NCBI GenBank assembly: GCA_963676565.1
Contig: OY781089.1
Span: 2,496,001 to 2,560,000 of the forward strand
DNA: 64,000 nucleotides
Direction of reading: 5' to 3'
DNA from: Halarcobacter sp.
Lineage (GTDB): Bacteria > Campylobacterota > Campylobacteria > Campylobacterales > Arcobacteraceae
Shown here: positions 50,539 through 60,740 of the stretch, piece after piece
Numbering within the stretch: the stretch's first letter is position 1
How the letters are laid out: each line of letters begins with the position of its first letter
Translations under genes and position numbers: made by a program
Notes under the pieces: generated by a model
Seen by the model: only the letters and a program-made list of their open reading frames with translations
Told to the model about the DNA's origin: nothing
Database searches by the model: none

Positions 50539-51738
50539 TTGGTGACAAGCAGCTGTAAAAAGTACATCTGTTGAAGAGTTAAGTGCAGTTTCCATAGAGT
50601 CTTGAACAACTCCAATTACAAAACCTATTGCAACAACTTGTAATGCTATATCATTAGATATCCCAAACAATGAACAAGCTAAAGGGATTAGAAGTAAAGA
50701 ACCACCTGCAACACCTGAAGCACCACAAGCAGCAAGTGCAGATATAACTGAAAGTAATAATGCTGTACCAATATCAACACTCATACCTAAAGTATGAACT
50801 GTTGCCAATGTTAAAACAGTAATAGTAACTGCAGCACCAGCCATATTTGTGGTAGCACCTAATGGAATTGAAATAGAATATGTATCTTCATTTAAATTTA
50901 GTTTTTTACAAAGATCAAGATTTACAGGTATATTTGCCGCACTACTTCTTGTGAAAAATGCAGTAATTCCACTTTCTCTTAAACAAGTAAATACCAGAGG
51001 GTATGGATTAGATTTTGTTTTAATAAATACAATTATAGGATTAACAATTAAAGCAATAAATAACATAGTACCAACTAATACAAGTAATAGTTTTGAATAA
51101 CTTAATAAAGCTTCAAAACCTGTTTGTGCAAAAGTATTTGCAACCAGTCCAAAAATACCAAAAGGGGCAAGTCTAATGATAAATTTTACAATTTTTGTTA
51201 TTCCTGTTGATACATCAAAAAATACTTTTTTCGTTTCCTCTGCACTATAATGCATTGCAAAACCAATAGCGATTGCCCAAACTAAAATACCAATAAAATT
51301 CCCAGTTTGTAAAGCATTTACTGGATTATCAACCATATTAAATAAAACTGTTTTTAAAACATCAATAACACTATCAGGAGGATTTAAAGCCTTTTGAGCT
51401 CCATCAATAAGTACTAAGTCAACAGAAAAAAGAAAACTTGCAATAACTGCAATTAATGCTGCTAAAAAAGTTCCTATTAAATAGAGTATAACAATGGGTT
51501 TCATACCTGTTTGAACACCTACTTCTTTTGTTGCAATAGCAGTTGCAACTAAAACAAAAACTAAAACAGGAGCAATTGCTTTTAATGCACCAACAAACAA
51601 TGTACCTAAAATTGAAAATGACATGGCTAAATCCTTTGAGACCATAGCCACCACAACACCTAATATAATACCTACAAAAATTTGTAGAACTAAATTACCA
51701 TTTGCATATTTTGCAATGATACCGTTATTACTTTGCAT
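50530..51738 (-). CDS. sstT: Serine/threonine:Na+ symporter SstT
   Basis: [37 protein letters not shown] and ETALNSSTD. Confidence 0.95.
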   Translation of the reverse strand: MQSNNGIIAKYANGNLVLQIFVGIILGVVVAMVSKDLAMSFSILGTLFVGALKAIAPVLVFVLVATAIATKEVGVQTGMKPIVILYLIGTFLAALIAVIASFLFSVDLVLIDGAQKALNPPDSVIDVLKTVLFNMVDNPVNALQTGNFIGILVWAIAIGFAMHYSAEETKKVFFDVSTGITKIVKFIIRLAPFGIFGLVANTFAQTGFEALLSYSKLLLVLVGTMLFIALIVNPIIVFIKTKSNPYPLVFTCLRESGITAFFTRSSAANIPVNLDLCKKLNLNEDTYSISIPLGATTNMAGAAVTITVLTLATVHTLGMSVDIGTALLLSVISALAACGASGVAGGSLLLIPLACSLFGISNDIALQVVAIGFVIGVVQDSMETALNSSTDVLFTAACHQKN

Positions 51739-51851
51739 ATCTAATCCTAATAATAAAATTTTAAAGTAAAGATTATATCTAAGAAAGTTTTTACTTTTTA
51801 TTATAAAAGTTATAGATTAATTGTATATTAGTTTCAGTTATGAGAATTGAT

Positions 51852-52751
51852 TTATTTTTTGAATATCAAATTTTTTAAACTTTTGTCTTCATTATTAGTT
51901 TGAAAGGTATCTAAATTTTGTAATTTTTTATGATATTTAAAACTAGGTGCATTTTCACTAAATAAATTCAATATAAAATTAGTATCTAATTCAGGGGCAT
52001 TTAAACAAGATAAAACTGTACATTCTTTATTTGCTAATTGATCTAATCTTTTTATAATCTTTTCATAATCTTTAGTTGCAGCAAAACTTCCTTTTTGAAA
52101 TGAAGGGGGATCAATAATTATAATATCATATGGCCCCTCTTTTTTTATTCGACTCCAAGATTTTAAAATATTATAAGGCAAAAATTTAACTTTTTTTGTA
52201 TTATGATTATTTAGATGATGATTTCTTCTACCTGTAGTTAATGCCCCTTTAGCCATATCAACGTTTACTACTTGTTTTGCACCACCTTCTATTGCACAAA
52301 CTGAAAAAGCACAAGTATAAGAAAAAAGGTTGAGTACATTTTTATCTTTTGAAATAGATTTTATATATTCTCTACCTACTTTCATATCAGGGAAGATACC
52401 AATATTTTGGTTTTTGAAATTTATTGAATATTTTAATGAGTTTTCAATAAGAAACTCTTCATCTTTTACTTCTCCAAAAATTACTTTAAAAAAACAGTTT
52501 TTATCATATCTTCGTTGAATAATAAAAGTAGAGTAAGCATTTAATATTGCAATTTTTTTTAATAATTCAATTATTTGATTTTCATTTTTGTTTTCTTCAT
52601 AAAAAGAAGCAAAAAAAATATTATTTATAGAATCAACCGTCAAAAAGTTTAAATCTTTATAAGAATTACCTCTTCCATGAAAAAGCCTTTTAAACTCTGG
52701 TGTCTTTTCTTTTAAATTTTTTTCTAAACAAGTTTGTAAAATATCAAACAA
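51852..52751 (-). CDS. Class I SAM methyltransferase, RlmI/RlmK-like
   Basis: RLFHGRG, VLNLFSYT and IIIDPPSF. Confidence 0.85.
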   Translation of the reverse strand: MFDILQTCLEKNLKEKTPEFKRLFHGRGNSYKDLNFLTVDSINNIFFASFYEENKNENQIIELLKKIAILNAYSTFIIQRRYDKNCFFKVIFGEVKDEEFLIENSLKYSINFKNQNIGIFPDMKVGREYIKSISKDKNVLNLFSYTCAFSVCAIEGGAKQVVNVDMAKGALTTGRRNHHLNNHNTKKVKFLPYNILKSWSRIKKEGPYDIIIIDPPSFQKGSFAATKDYEKIIKRLDQLANKECTVLSCLNAPELDTNFILNLFSENAPSFKYHKKLQNLDTFQTNNEDKSLKNLIFKK

Positions 52752-52793
52752 TAAAATATCCTTAAGTTTTTTTATGATTTTAGCTAAAACTTA

Positions 52794-53423
52794 CTAAGCT
52801 TTTAAGCACATCATCATAAAACCAGTAAACTGCGCGTTTTCTTTATTTAAAGATTGATGGCTGTGTTTTTTTAATTCATCTAAAAAATCTTTGTAGGCTT
52901 TATAAAACTCATAACTAGGTCTTGGTTTATAAATTATATTTTTAATTTCAAAATATTTCAAAATATTTTTTGTAGTTGTAGGTTTAACAAAATATTCTTT
53001 TTTTCTATTAAGATAATATGGAATCAACGTTATTAAGCTCCATTTAGCCAGCTGATACTTGGCTAAAATTTCAACCATATCATTTAAACCTTCTTTTTGA
53101 TTTCCATATAGAAGTTCATATAAAGCTATTGAAAACATATCTTTTTCATACATCCCCATAGATTTAATAGCATCTCTTAATTTTGGTTTCTCAAAAAGTG
53201 AAATTAAAGGAGATTTTGAAATTATTTTTGAATAATTTTCACAAATAAGTTCTGGTTGAGAGAAATTCTCTTTTTTGAAAAATTCATTAACTTCTTGGGA
53301 AAATTTCTCAGATTTAAATTTTTTTACGATTTTAATAATCTCTTCATCTTTAAAACCTTGGGGATAAGATTCTAAAAATTGAGCTTCAATATCCTTTAAT
53401 TTTTCAATAATTATTTTATCCAT
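52794..53423 (-). CDS. Conserved-looking hypothetical protein
   Basis: 209-aa ORF with SD AAAGG; motif-like YPQGF, AKW, FVKP and PSYEFY. Confidence 0.7.
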   Translation of the reverse strand: MDKIIIEKLKDIEAQFLESYPQGFKDEEIIKIVKKFKSEKFSQEVNEFFKKENFSQPELICENYSKIISKSPLISLFEKPKLRDAIKSMGMYEKDMFSIALYELLYGNQKEGLNDMVEILAKYQLAKWSLITLIPYYLNRKKEYFVKPTTTKNILKYFEIKNIIYKPRPSYEFYKAYKDFLDELKKHSHQSLNKENAQFTGFMMMCLKA

Positions 53424-53504
53424 ATTATTACCTTTATCTGTCTAAATTAAAAAATTATAACTAATTAAAGTGGTGGCTCTTAAAAATATTGCAATATGTA
53501 AGAA

Positions 53505-53554
53505 AGAAAATAGTGGAAAGGAGAAAGGGAGAGAAAAAATCTCCTTTCCTTTTT
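53505..53554 (-). terminator. Terminator hairpin downstream of torA with a pyrimidine-rich loop
   Basis: GGAAAGGAGA (53515-24) pairs with TCTCCTTTCC (53540-49). Confidence 0.6.
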
Positions 53555-56047
53555 TTAACTTGGTTGTTTAAAGATAGTTAAGTCAGGGGCTTTTTTTGTA
53601 TATTTTTCAATATTTACTAAAGCTGTATTTGAACTATTTCCCATAGCAAGTTCTGATGTTGGAATATCTTTAGTTAAAAGGTTTGCATTACCATTTTTAC
53701 AAAGTGTTCCAATCTTACCTTTTTCTAAAGGATCATACCAAGCACCCTCTTGAACTCTTACAATTCCAGGTTTTAATCCATCAGTTACAATTGCACCTGT
53801 TAAGATTTCACCTCTATCATTAAATACTCTTACCACATCACCAGATTTGATACCTTTTGCTTTTGCATCTTGTGTATTAATCCAAATTGGCTCTCTGTTT
53901 GCAACTGCATATTTTTTTCTTAAACTTGTATTATTAAGTTGAGAATGCAGCCTATGACTTGGGTGTGGAGAGATTAATGCAAACTCTGCAGGTTTTTCTT
54001 CCATACCTACCCACTCAGCTGGTTCTAACCAAGTTGGATGTGCTTTACAATGTTTGTAATTCATTTTTTCTATTGTTTTAGAATAGATTTCTATTCTTCC
54101 AGATGGTGTTCCAAGTGGATTTAAAATTGGATCTTCTCTAAAATCAGCATATCTTACAAATTGTGTATTTTCATATGGAACCTCAAAAGTTATTGGTTGG
54201 TTTTTACTCCAAAACTCTCTAAATGTTGGCATTGGAAGTTTCATTTTTTGTGCTTGATTATAAGCTTTTGTATAAAACTCTTCTATCCATTGCATTTCAG
54301 TTTTATTTTGAGTATATTTTTCAAATACACCAAACTCTTTTGATAAGTCACTAAAAATTTGATAATCATCTCTTGCTTCAAATTGTTTTTTAACTGCTTG
54401 TTTCATAGGAACAATGTTAAGGTTAGAATAATCACCCGTTGCCGTAATATCATTTCTTTCATATGAAGTTGTTGTTGGCATTACAATATCTGCCATTCTA
54501 GCTGTTGGTGTCCAGAATGCTTCATTAACAACAACAGTTCTTGGTTTTTGCCAAGCTTTTAATAGTGTGTTTGTATCTTGATGATGAACAAATGGATTTC
54601 CCCCTACCCAATAGATAAAATCAATCTCTGGATAAGTAACTTTTTTACCATTAAAATCAATTGTTTTTCCTGGATTTAAAAGTGCATCTGCAATTCTTGC
54701 AACAGGGAAAGAGTATTTAGCTGCATTTCTTAACCACGCTGCTCCACCTTCATCTTTTGTAGGAGTTACATTTGCTGTAATACCACCTATAATAGCACTT
54801 TTTGCTGTTGGTGTACCACCGTTTGAATAGTGATAAGATAATCCAAATCCACCACCAGGAAGTCCTATTTGTCCAATAACTGAAGCAAGAGTTACTAACA
54901 TCCAGTGAGGTTGTTCTCCATGATGAGCTCTTTGCATTCCCCATCCAGACATAAACATAGTTCTATTATCATAGAATAGATTAGCCAATGAATTAATAGT
55001 TTTTTCATCTACTCCACAAATTTTTGATGCCCATTGAGCACTTTTTACAATGCCATCTTCTTTTCCATATAAATACTCTTTGAATTTATCAAAACCTTCT
55101 GTGTATTCTGATAAAAATTCCGCATCATATTTTTTTGCTTCTAATAGTGTATGTACCATACCCATCATCATTGCAACGTCTGTATTTGGATTTGGCGCAA
55201 TCCATTGTGCATCTAGATATTCACAAGTTTCTGTTTTAAATGGATCAATACAAATTATCTTTTTACCAGATTTTTTTAGTTCTTCAAAATATTTAAATCC
55301 ATGTTCATCACTTGAAGTCCATGCAATTTTTAAAGTTGCAAGTGGGTTTGCTCCCCATATTACTACAACTTTTGAACTTTCTAATACCACAGGCCATGAA
55401 GTTTGTTGTTCATACACTTCAAGTGTACCTAATACATGTGGCATAATTACTTGAGATGCACCTGTTGAATAATCACCTACAGTACCTGTAAATCCACCTG
55501 TTGCAGTCATAAATCTATGTAATAAAACTCTACAGTTGTGGATACTACCACTACTTTTCCAACCATAACTTCCTGCAAAAACTCCTTCGGCACCTTTTTC
55601 TTTTCTTGTTTTTTTAAGCTCTTTTGCAACTAATTTAATTGCATCATCATAAGAAACTCTAACCCATTCATCATTACCTCTTAATTCAGGTTTAGGACTA
55701 TCTGGGTTTTCTAAATAAGATTTTCTTACCATTGGATATTTTACTCTATCCTCTGCATATACTAAATCTTGTGTATAATGTTGTAATGAATTTTCAATAC
55801 CAGAAGTTTTTTGATAAGGCTCAGATTTTATCACTTTTCCATTTTTTATTGTAAGTTTTAACATACCCCAGTGAGCTGCTGTTAATATTTCACCATTTTC
55901 AACTAGTTTTGTAGAAAACTTTGCAATTGTACCTGCAAGTAATTCACCTCTTTTTGTAATTGCATCAATAAATGGAACTGTACTAAATAATGCAGCAACT
56001 CTAATAAATCCTCTTCTTTTCTGATCAATATTTTTCATTTTACTCAC
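53555..56047 (-). CDS. torA: Periplasmic bis-MGD S-/N-oxide (TMAO/DMSO/biotin sulfoxide) reductase, Tat-exported
   Basis: Tat motif KRRGFIR, AAHWG, GSYGW, GDYSTGA (Ser ligand), RAHHGEQ, RLHSQ and EGAWYDP. No N-terminal Fe-S motif. Confidence 0.92.
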   Translation of the reverse strand: MSKMKNIDQKRRGFIRVAALFSTVPFIDAITKRGELLAGTIAKFSTKLVENGEILTAAHWGMLKLTIKNGKVIKSEPYQKTSGIENSLQHYTQDLVYAEDRVKYPMVRKSYLENPDSPKPELRGNDEWVRVSYDDAIKLVAKELKKTRKEKGAEGVFAGSYGWKSSGSIHNCRVLLHRFMTATGGFTGTVGDYSTGASQVIMPHVLGTLEVYEQQTSWPVVLESSKVVVIWGANPLATLKIAWTSSDEHGFKYFEELKKSGKKIICIDPFKTETCEYLDAQWIAPNPNTDVAMMMGMVHTLLEAKKYDAEFLSEYTEGFDKFKEYLYGKEDGIVKSAQWASKICGVDEKTINSLANLFYDNRTMFMSGWGMQRAHHGEQPHWMLVTLASVIGQIGLPGGGFGLSYHYSNGGTPTAKSAIIGGITANVTPTKDEGGAAWLRNAAKYSFPVARIADALLNPGKTIDFNGKKVTYPEIDFIYWVGGNPFVHHQDTNTLLKAWQKPRTVVVNEAFWTPTARMADIVMPTTTSYERNDITATGDYSNLNIVPMKQAVKKQFEARDDYQIFSDLSKEFGVFEKYTQNKTEMQWIEEFYTKAYNQAQKMKLPMPTFREFWSKNQPITFEVPYENTQFVRYADFREDPILNPLGTPSGRIEIYSKTIEKMNYKHCKAHPTWLEPAEWVGMEEKPAEFALISPHPSHRLHSQLNNTSLRKKYAVANREPIWINTQDAKAKGIKSGDVVRVFNDRGEILTGAIVTDGLKPGIVRVQEGAWYDPLEKGKIGTLCKNGNANLLTKDIPTSELAMGNSSNTALVNIEKYTKKAPDLTIFKQPS

Positions 56048-56627
56048 CTTTCATATCTTTTGCATGTTTTTGCAAAAATTGTGTTACTAAATATCTCTCT
56101 TGTTTTGGAATAGCCGTTCTATTTACCATGGCTTTAAACATACTTGGCCATTGATTAGCAGTAAATTCACCTACTGGATGTGCAGGATGACAAATTGCAC
56201 AGTTATTTTTATATAAATCTTCTGCTTTATCATATAGAGGTTTTAAATCTTTGCTTAGATTCTCATTATTTGTATATGCAGTTAAAACTACTTTTTCCCA
56301 CTCAACACCATCTTCATCTTTACTTGATGAAAGTTTTTTTACATCAAAATTTCCACTTTTGCTAAGTCCAGCAACTAAGATTCTTTTTCCCTTAACAAAA
56401 TAAATTGCATTAGATACTCCAGCTTTCATAAATCCTTCAATTTCTATTTTAGATTTATCTGAATTTTTTTCTACAATTGTAACCTTTGATGTAGGTAACA
56501 GCCTACCTTTAACAGTACTACTATCAGCAGCTTCATATAGATTTTTTACACTATTACTGTACATTGTTTCATTTGCATATAATGAAACTGACAATAAAGT
56601 CATTCCAAGAATTAAACTCGTTTTCAT
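56040..56627 (-). CDS. Monohaem cytochrome c partner of TorA (TorB-like)
   Basis: Signal peptide, a single CAICH, and NQWPSMFKAM resembling the TorC C-terminal haem domain. Confidence 0.88.
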   Translation of the reverse strand: MKTSLILGMTLLSVSLYANETMYSNSVKNLYEAADSSTVKGRLLPTSKVTIVEKNSDKSKIEIEGFMKAGVSNAIYFVKGKRILVAGLSKSGNFDVKKLSSSKDEDGVEWEKVVLTAYTNNENLSKDLKPLYDKAEDLYKNNCAICHPAHPVGEFTANQWPSMFKAMVNRTAIPKQERYLVTQFLQKHAKDMKGE

Positions 56628-56654
56628 ATTTCTCCTTTATTTTTCTATATGTAA

Positions 56655-56709
56655 AGTATAAAGAAAATATGAGTTTAAATAATTGTAAAAAAGTGGGGAA
56701 AAAATGTAA
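56655..56709 (-). promoter_or_regulatory. torB-torA promoter with phased direct repeats (candidate response-regulator site)
   Basis: -10 TATACT at 56655-60. TTACA / CCCCA / TTACA repeats at 56705-09, 56694-98 and 56684-88. Confidence 0.5.
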
Positions 56710-56717
56710 TTTTGAAT

Positions 56718-58370
56718 TTATTTTACTTTTATTGTAAATAAAGCTCCATTTTTAACATTTTTAGCATTGACAAAACCTTCCATATTATTTTCAATAATCA
56801 TTTTAGTCATATACAAACCAATTCCAGTTCCTTGTTTTGCATGCTTTGTTGTAAAGTAAGGTTCAAATATTGTATCAATATCTTTGAGTTGAATACCTCC
56901 TGCATTATCCATTATTTTAATTACAGTGTAAGTTTTACCAACTTTTATACTGATTTTTATTTCAGGATTTTTAATTTTTCTTAATACAAGGGCATCTTTT
57001 GCATTTGAGATTATATTTAATACAGCATGTGAGAATTCACTTGAATATCCATTTATTATATTATCTTCTTCAATATCCAATATCAAATTGATTTTATTAT
57101 TAGTTAACGAGGCATTTATAATTGCTAAAGCTTTTTTACAAGCAGTTAATACAGAAAAATCCTCTTTTTTCTTTGTTGGTTTGAAAAAGTTTTGAAAATC
57201 ACTAATTGTTGTTGACATATGTTCTGTTATTTCATTACAGATTCTAATATTCTCTAAAAGGTGCTCTTTTTTTAGACTATCATATCTTGTGATTGTCTCT
57301 AACTCCATTAAAAGAGCATTAATTTCACTTATTGGTTGTCTCCATTGATGGGCAATATTACCAATCATCTCTCCCATTGCAGCTAGTTTTGATTGTTGCA
57401 TCATGAGTTTTTCTTGATTTGTTCTTTGTTTTATTTCTTTTTGTATTTTATTTTCCAAACTATCAATCATTTGGTTCATTACATTTTTTAATACATTTAA
57501 TTCTTTAGATTTTCCTTCTTCTTTGAGCCTTTTACCAAATACCCCTTCTTTTAGATTGTCTAATGTCAATGTTGCTTCATGAATTAATTTATAATCATCA
57601 TTTAAATTCTCTTTTATTAGTTTTACTCTTTTATTTATTGCTTGGGACATTAATCCTAATTCATCTTTACTATCTATATCAATATGCAATTCACTATTGT
57701 AAGCCATAGGATTATTTAAATAGTTAAAAAACTTTTTTAATCCTTCTTGTATTGTTTCAATACCTTTTACAAGTTTCATAATAATTGTCATATCAAGAAT
57801 CAATCCAATTACACCTATAACCAATATTCCAATAATAATAAAAAGATTATTCTTATCAACACTCTTTTTTAATTGAATCAATTTTGACTCAGAACTTTTT
57901 AATTTCTCTTCTTGTGAAAGCTTTAACTGGTTAATTAATCTATAAAAACTATCTCTTTCTACAGTAGATGTATTCATAAAAGCTCCTTCATCAAAGCCAT
58001 TTAAAGAATATCTTCTTGTGGTAAGTGCTATTTTTTTATACTCATTCCAATAATTTTGATCTATTTTAGGATTCTTATCAAAATTTTCATCTAATTTTTT
58101 TATTATGGGCAAGATCTTTTTATCAATTTCATTTTTGAAACCATCATTAGGTGAAATAACTAAAGATAAAATTATTTCACGTAACATGTATAAATCTTCT
58201 ATATATAAAGTCTGAATTTTCTGTGTATCTTGAAAGTTTACAACTACACTATTAGAATTCTTAAAACTATCCTTATTTATTTTTAAAGATAGCCATCCTA
58301 TAAAAAGTAAAGATATAAGGGCTATAAAACCCAATATTAAAAACTTTTGTCTTATTTTCAAATTATTCAT
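56718..58370 (-). CDS. Membrane sensor histidine kinase with MCP-like periplasmic and HAMP input
   Basis: MNNLKIRQK-TM, helical periplasmic domain, TM, HAMP (DELGLM), IAHQWRQP, DNAGG and GTGIGL. Confidence 0.92.
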   Translation of the reverse strand: MNNLKIRQKFLILGFIALISLLFIGWLSLKINKDSFKNSNSVVVNFQDTQKIQTLYIEDLYMLREIILSLVISPNDGFKNEIDKKILPIIKKLDENFDKNPKIDQNYWNEYKKIALTTRRYSLNGFDEGAFMNTSTVERDSFYRLINQLKLSQEEKLKSSESKLIQLKKSVDKNNLFIIIGILVIGVIGLILDMTIIMKLVKGIETIQEGLKKFFNYLNNPMAYNSELHIDIDSKDELGLMSQAINKRVKLIKENLNDDYKLIHEATLTLDNLKEGVFGKRLKEEGKSKELNVLKNVMNQMIDSLENKIQKEIKQRTNQEKLMMQQSKLAAMGEMIGNIAHQWRQPISEINALLMELETITRYDSLKKEHLLENIRICNEITEHMSTTISDFQNFFKPTKKKEDFSVLTACKKALAIINASLTNNKINLILDIEEDNIINGYSSEFSHAVLNIISNAKDALVLRKIKNPEIKISIKVGKTYTVIKIMDNAGGIQLKDIDTIFEPYFTTKHAKQGTGIGLYMTKMIIENNMEGFVNAKNVKNGALFTIKVK

Positions 58371-59994
58371 TTTTTAACCTTATAGGATATAGATACTCTA
58401 ATCTCTCTTTTGGAAGTTTTTCTTTTCTAATTGACCAATGATAAGGTGTGATTTTTGCATTCCATAAAGGGAAAAGTGCCATTTTAGATGGCTTGTAAAT
58501 CACCTCTTTATTTAGTGCAATTACTGTATTTACAGAAGGAAGAACTAAGGTATATGCCTTATTGTAAGAGTATAATAAAAGTTTATCAACCTCTTTTTGA
58601 AATGCTTCAGATGAAACATCAAGTTTAAAAAGTTTTTGAAACTCCTTTTCTAAATAATCATCTTTTATAATAGAGCTCCAACCTGAGTCAGGGTACAAAG
58701 TAAAAAGACCTGTCCATGGATGTCCATTCCAATCTTCATCTACCCAAACAAGTAGATCCCATTCAAACTTTTTATTTTTATTCTCAAAAAGTCTATTAAG
58801 TACAACTTTTTCATCACTTGTAACATAATATTTTAATTTAACACCATATTTTGATAATTGATACTCAATACCTTTCCACATAAACATAAATCTATCTTGT
58901 GTAACAACATTTAAAACTAAACCATTTAATATAGTTTTTAACTCTTTTTGGGAAAATCTTGATTTTCTATTTATATACTTTTTTGAAATTTCTTTTGAAT
59001 AATAAGCATTACTAGATAATAAAAAAGGAGCTTTTTTTGCCTCGTTTTTAAAAATGAACTTTATTAGTCGCTCTTGATTAATTGCATCATTTAATGCCCT
59101 TCTAACTTTTACATCCTTTAACTTTGAGTCTTTTTTTAATAAATTAAAATGTACTAAAAGATTCCCATTTGATGGGGAGATTAAAAGTTTTGCATATTTG
59201 GAATTAACTATTTCTGTCTTTTTATTAAAAGGGATATAAGCTATATCTAATTCACCCTCTTTTTTTGATATCTTATCAATAACCTCTTTATTAGTTAATT
59301 GAGTAAATATCGTTACTTTTTCTATATAAGGTATATCTTTTTTAAAATAATAAGAATTTGCTCTTAAAACTATTTTTTCACTTTGTTCTAATCCTGTTGC
59401 ATACCCTTCTTCTAAGATATAAGGCCCTACCCCATACAAACCTACACCTTTTGTATTTTGTGCAGTATAGCTTGGTCTCCAATTATATTTTTTATAATAC
59501 GCATTTGTATAAAAATTTATTACACACAAATCATTTAATAACATACCATAAGGTTCATTTAGATGAATTCTTATTTTATAATCATCTATTTTTTCAACAT
59601 AATTTAAAGCCTTATGTATATTACTATATAAGAAAGGCCCTTTCATAAAGTGTTTAAAATTCTCAACTACAGAGTCTGCATCAAATTTTGAACCATCTTG
59701 ATATTTTACATTATCTCTTAGCCAAAAATCATATGTCAAATCATCAATTTTTTTATGTTTATAAGCTAGATAATATTCCCATCCTTTATTAGAATCACTC
59801 AAACGAACTAAAGTCCCATTTATCAAACTTAGTATATTAAAATAAGGAAGTGTAGGCATATATACTTTTATATGGGAATTTTTGACTCTATGGTTTATTG
59901 CAATACTTTTTGAATCATCATGTTTATAACTTATTGCTTCAAGGGCAAATAAAAAATTACTTGTTAAATAGAATAAAACAATGAGTCTAAACAA
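58363..59994 (-). CDS. Family 5 extracellular solute-binding protein with no adjacent ABC permease
   Basis: Signal peptide; YDFWLRDNVKYQDGSKFDADSV, GVGPY and VRRALN.AINQE. Confidence 0.87.
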   Translation of the reverse strand: MFRLIVLFYLTSNFLFALEAISYKHDDSKSIAINHRVKNSHIKVYMPTLPYFNILSLINGTLVRLSDSNKGWEYYLAYKHKKIDDLTYDFWLRDNVKYQDGSKFDADSVVENFKHFMKGPFLYSNIHKALNYVEKIDDYKIRIHLNEPYGMLLNDLCVINFYTNAYYKKYNWRPSYTAQNTKGVGLYGVGPYILEEGYATGLEQSEKIVLRANSYYFKKDIPYIEKVTIFTQLTNKEVIDKISKKEGELDIAYIPFNKKTEIVNSKYAKLLISPSNGNLLVHFNLLKKDSKLKDVKVRRALNDAINQERLIKFIFKNEAKKAPFLLSSNAYYSKEISKKYINRKSRFSQKELKTILNGLVLNVVTQDRFMFMWKGIEYQLSKYGVKLKYYVTSDEKVVLNRLFENKNKKFEWDLLVWVDEDWNGHPWTGLFTLYPDSGWSSIIKDDYLEKEFQKLFKLDVSSEAFQKEVDKLLLYSYNKAYTLVLPSVNTVIALNKEVIYKPSKMALFPLWNAKITPYHWSIRKEKLPKERLEYLYPIRLKNE

Positions 59995-60664
59995 ATTTGT
60001 ACCCTATTCCTGAGAGATTTGAAATAAAATCCTTTGGCAATTTCTTTCTTAAATTTTTCACTAATGATCGTAAGGCATTATCTGTCATCACACTATTTTG
60101 CCATACTTCATCTTGTAATTGTTTATAATAAACTATATTATTTCTATTCTTAAATAATAACTCAACAAAAAGTATCTCTTTTTTTGTCAAGGAAATTAAC
60201 TCTTCATTGTGTAACAATATTTTTTGATTCCAATCATATTTATAACCATAAGGAAGCTCTTTTAAATAAAATTTTGAATCAGAAAATAATTTTTGACAAT
60301 CTTCTAAGGCATTAATGAGTTTTTCCAAATTTATTGGTTTTATAATATATTTTTCTATATGCATATCAATTAGTTCTAACAAATATTTTTCACTTGTATG
60401 AGCGGTTATAACTATAATACATATATCATTATTCTTTTGTCTAAGTTCTTTTATAAACTCTATACCATCCATACCAGGCATTTCCAAATCAGTAATAATT
60501 AAATCTGGAGTAAAGGATTTTAATTTTTCTAATGCTTCTACACCATTTGCTGCTTCTTCAACTTCTGCAACAATATACTCTAAGGATGAGACTGTTTTTT
60601 TTCTAATTAACTCTTCATCTTCAACAAATAAAACTTTTATTTGTTTCAATACTTTATTATGCAT
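59987..60664 (-). CDS. OmpR-family response regulator
   Basis: VEDE, ITDLEMP, ITAH, IKP, and a winged helix (LTKKE..LRKKL..GIGYK). Confidence 0.95.
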   Translation of the reverse strand: MHNKVLKQIKVLFVEDEELIRKKTVSSLEYIVAEVEEAANGVEALEKLKSFTPDLIITDLEMPGMDGIEFIKELRQKNNDICIIVITAHTSEKYLLELIDMHIEKYIIKPINLEKLINALEDCQKLFSDSKFYLKELPYGYKYDWNQKILLHNEELISLTKKEILFVELLFKNRNNIVYYKQLQDEVWQNSVMTDNALRSLVKNLRKKLPKDFISNLSGIGYKFV

Positions 60665-60740
60665 ATTTATATTTCCTTAAAAATAATCAAAATCAAATCT
60701 TTTTATAAAACATCCATTTTATATTTAAAATTATTAACAA

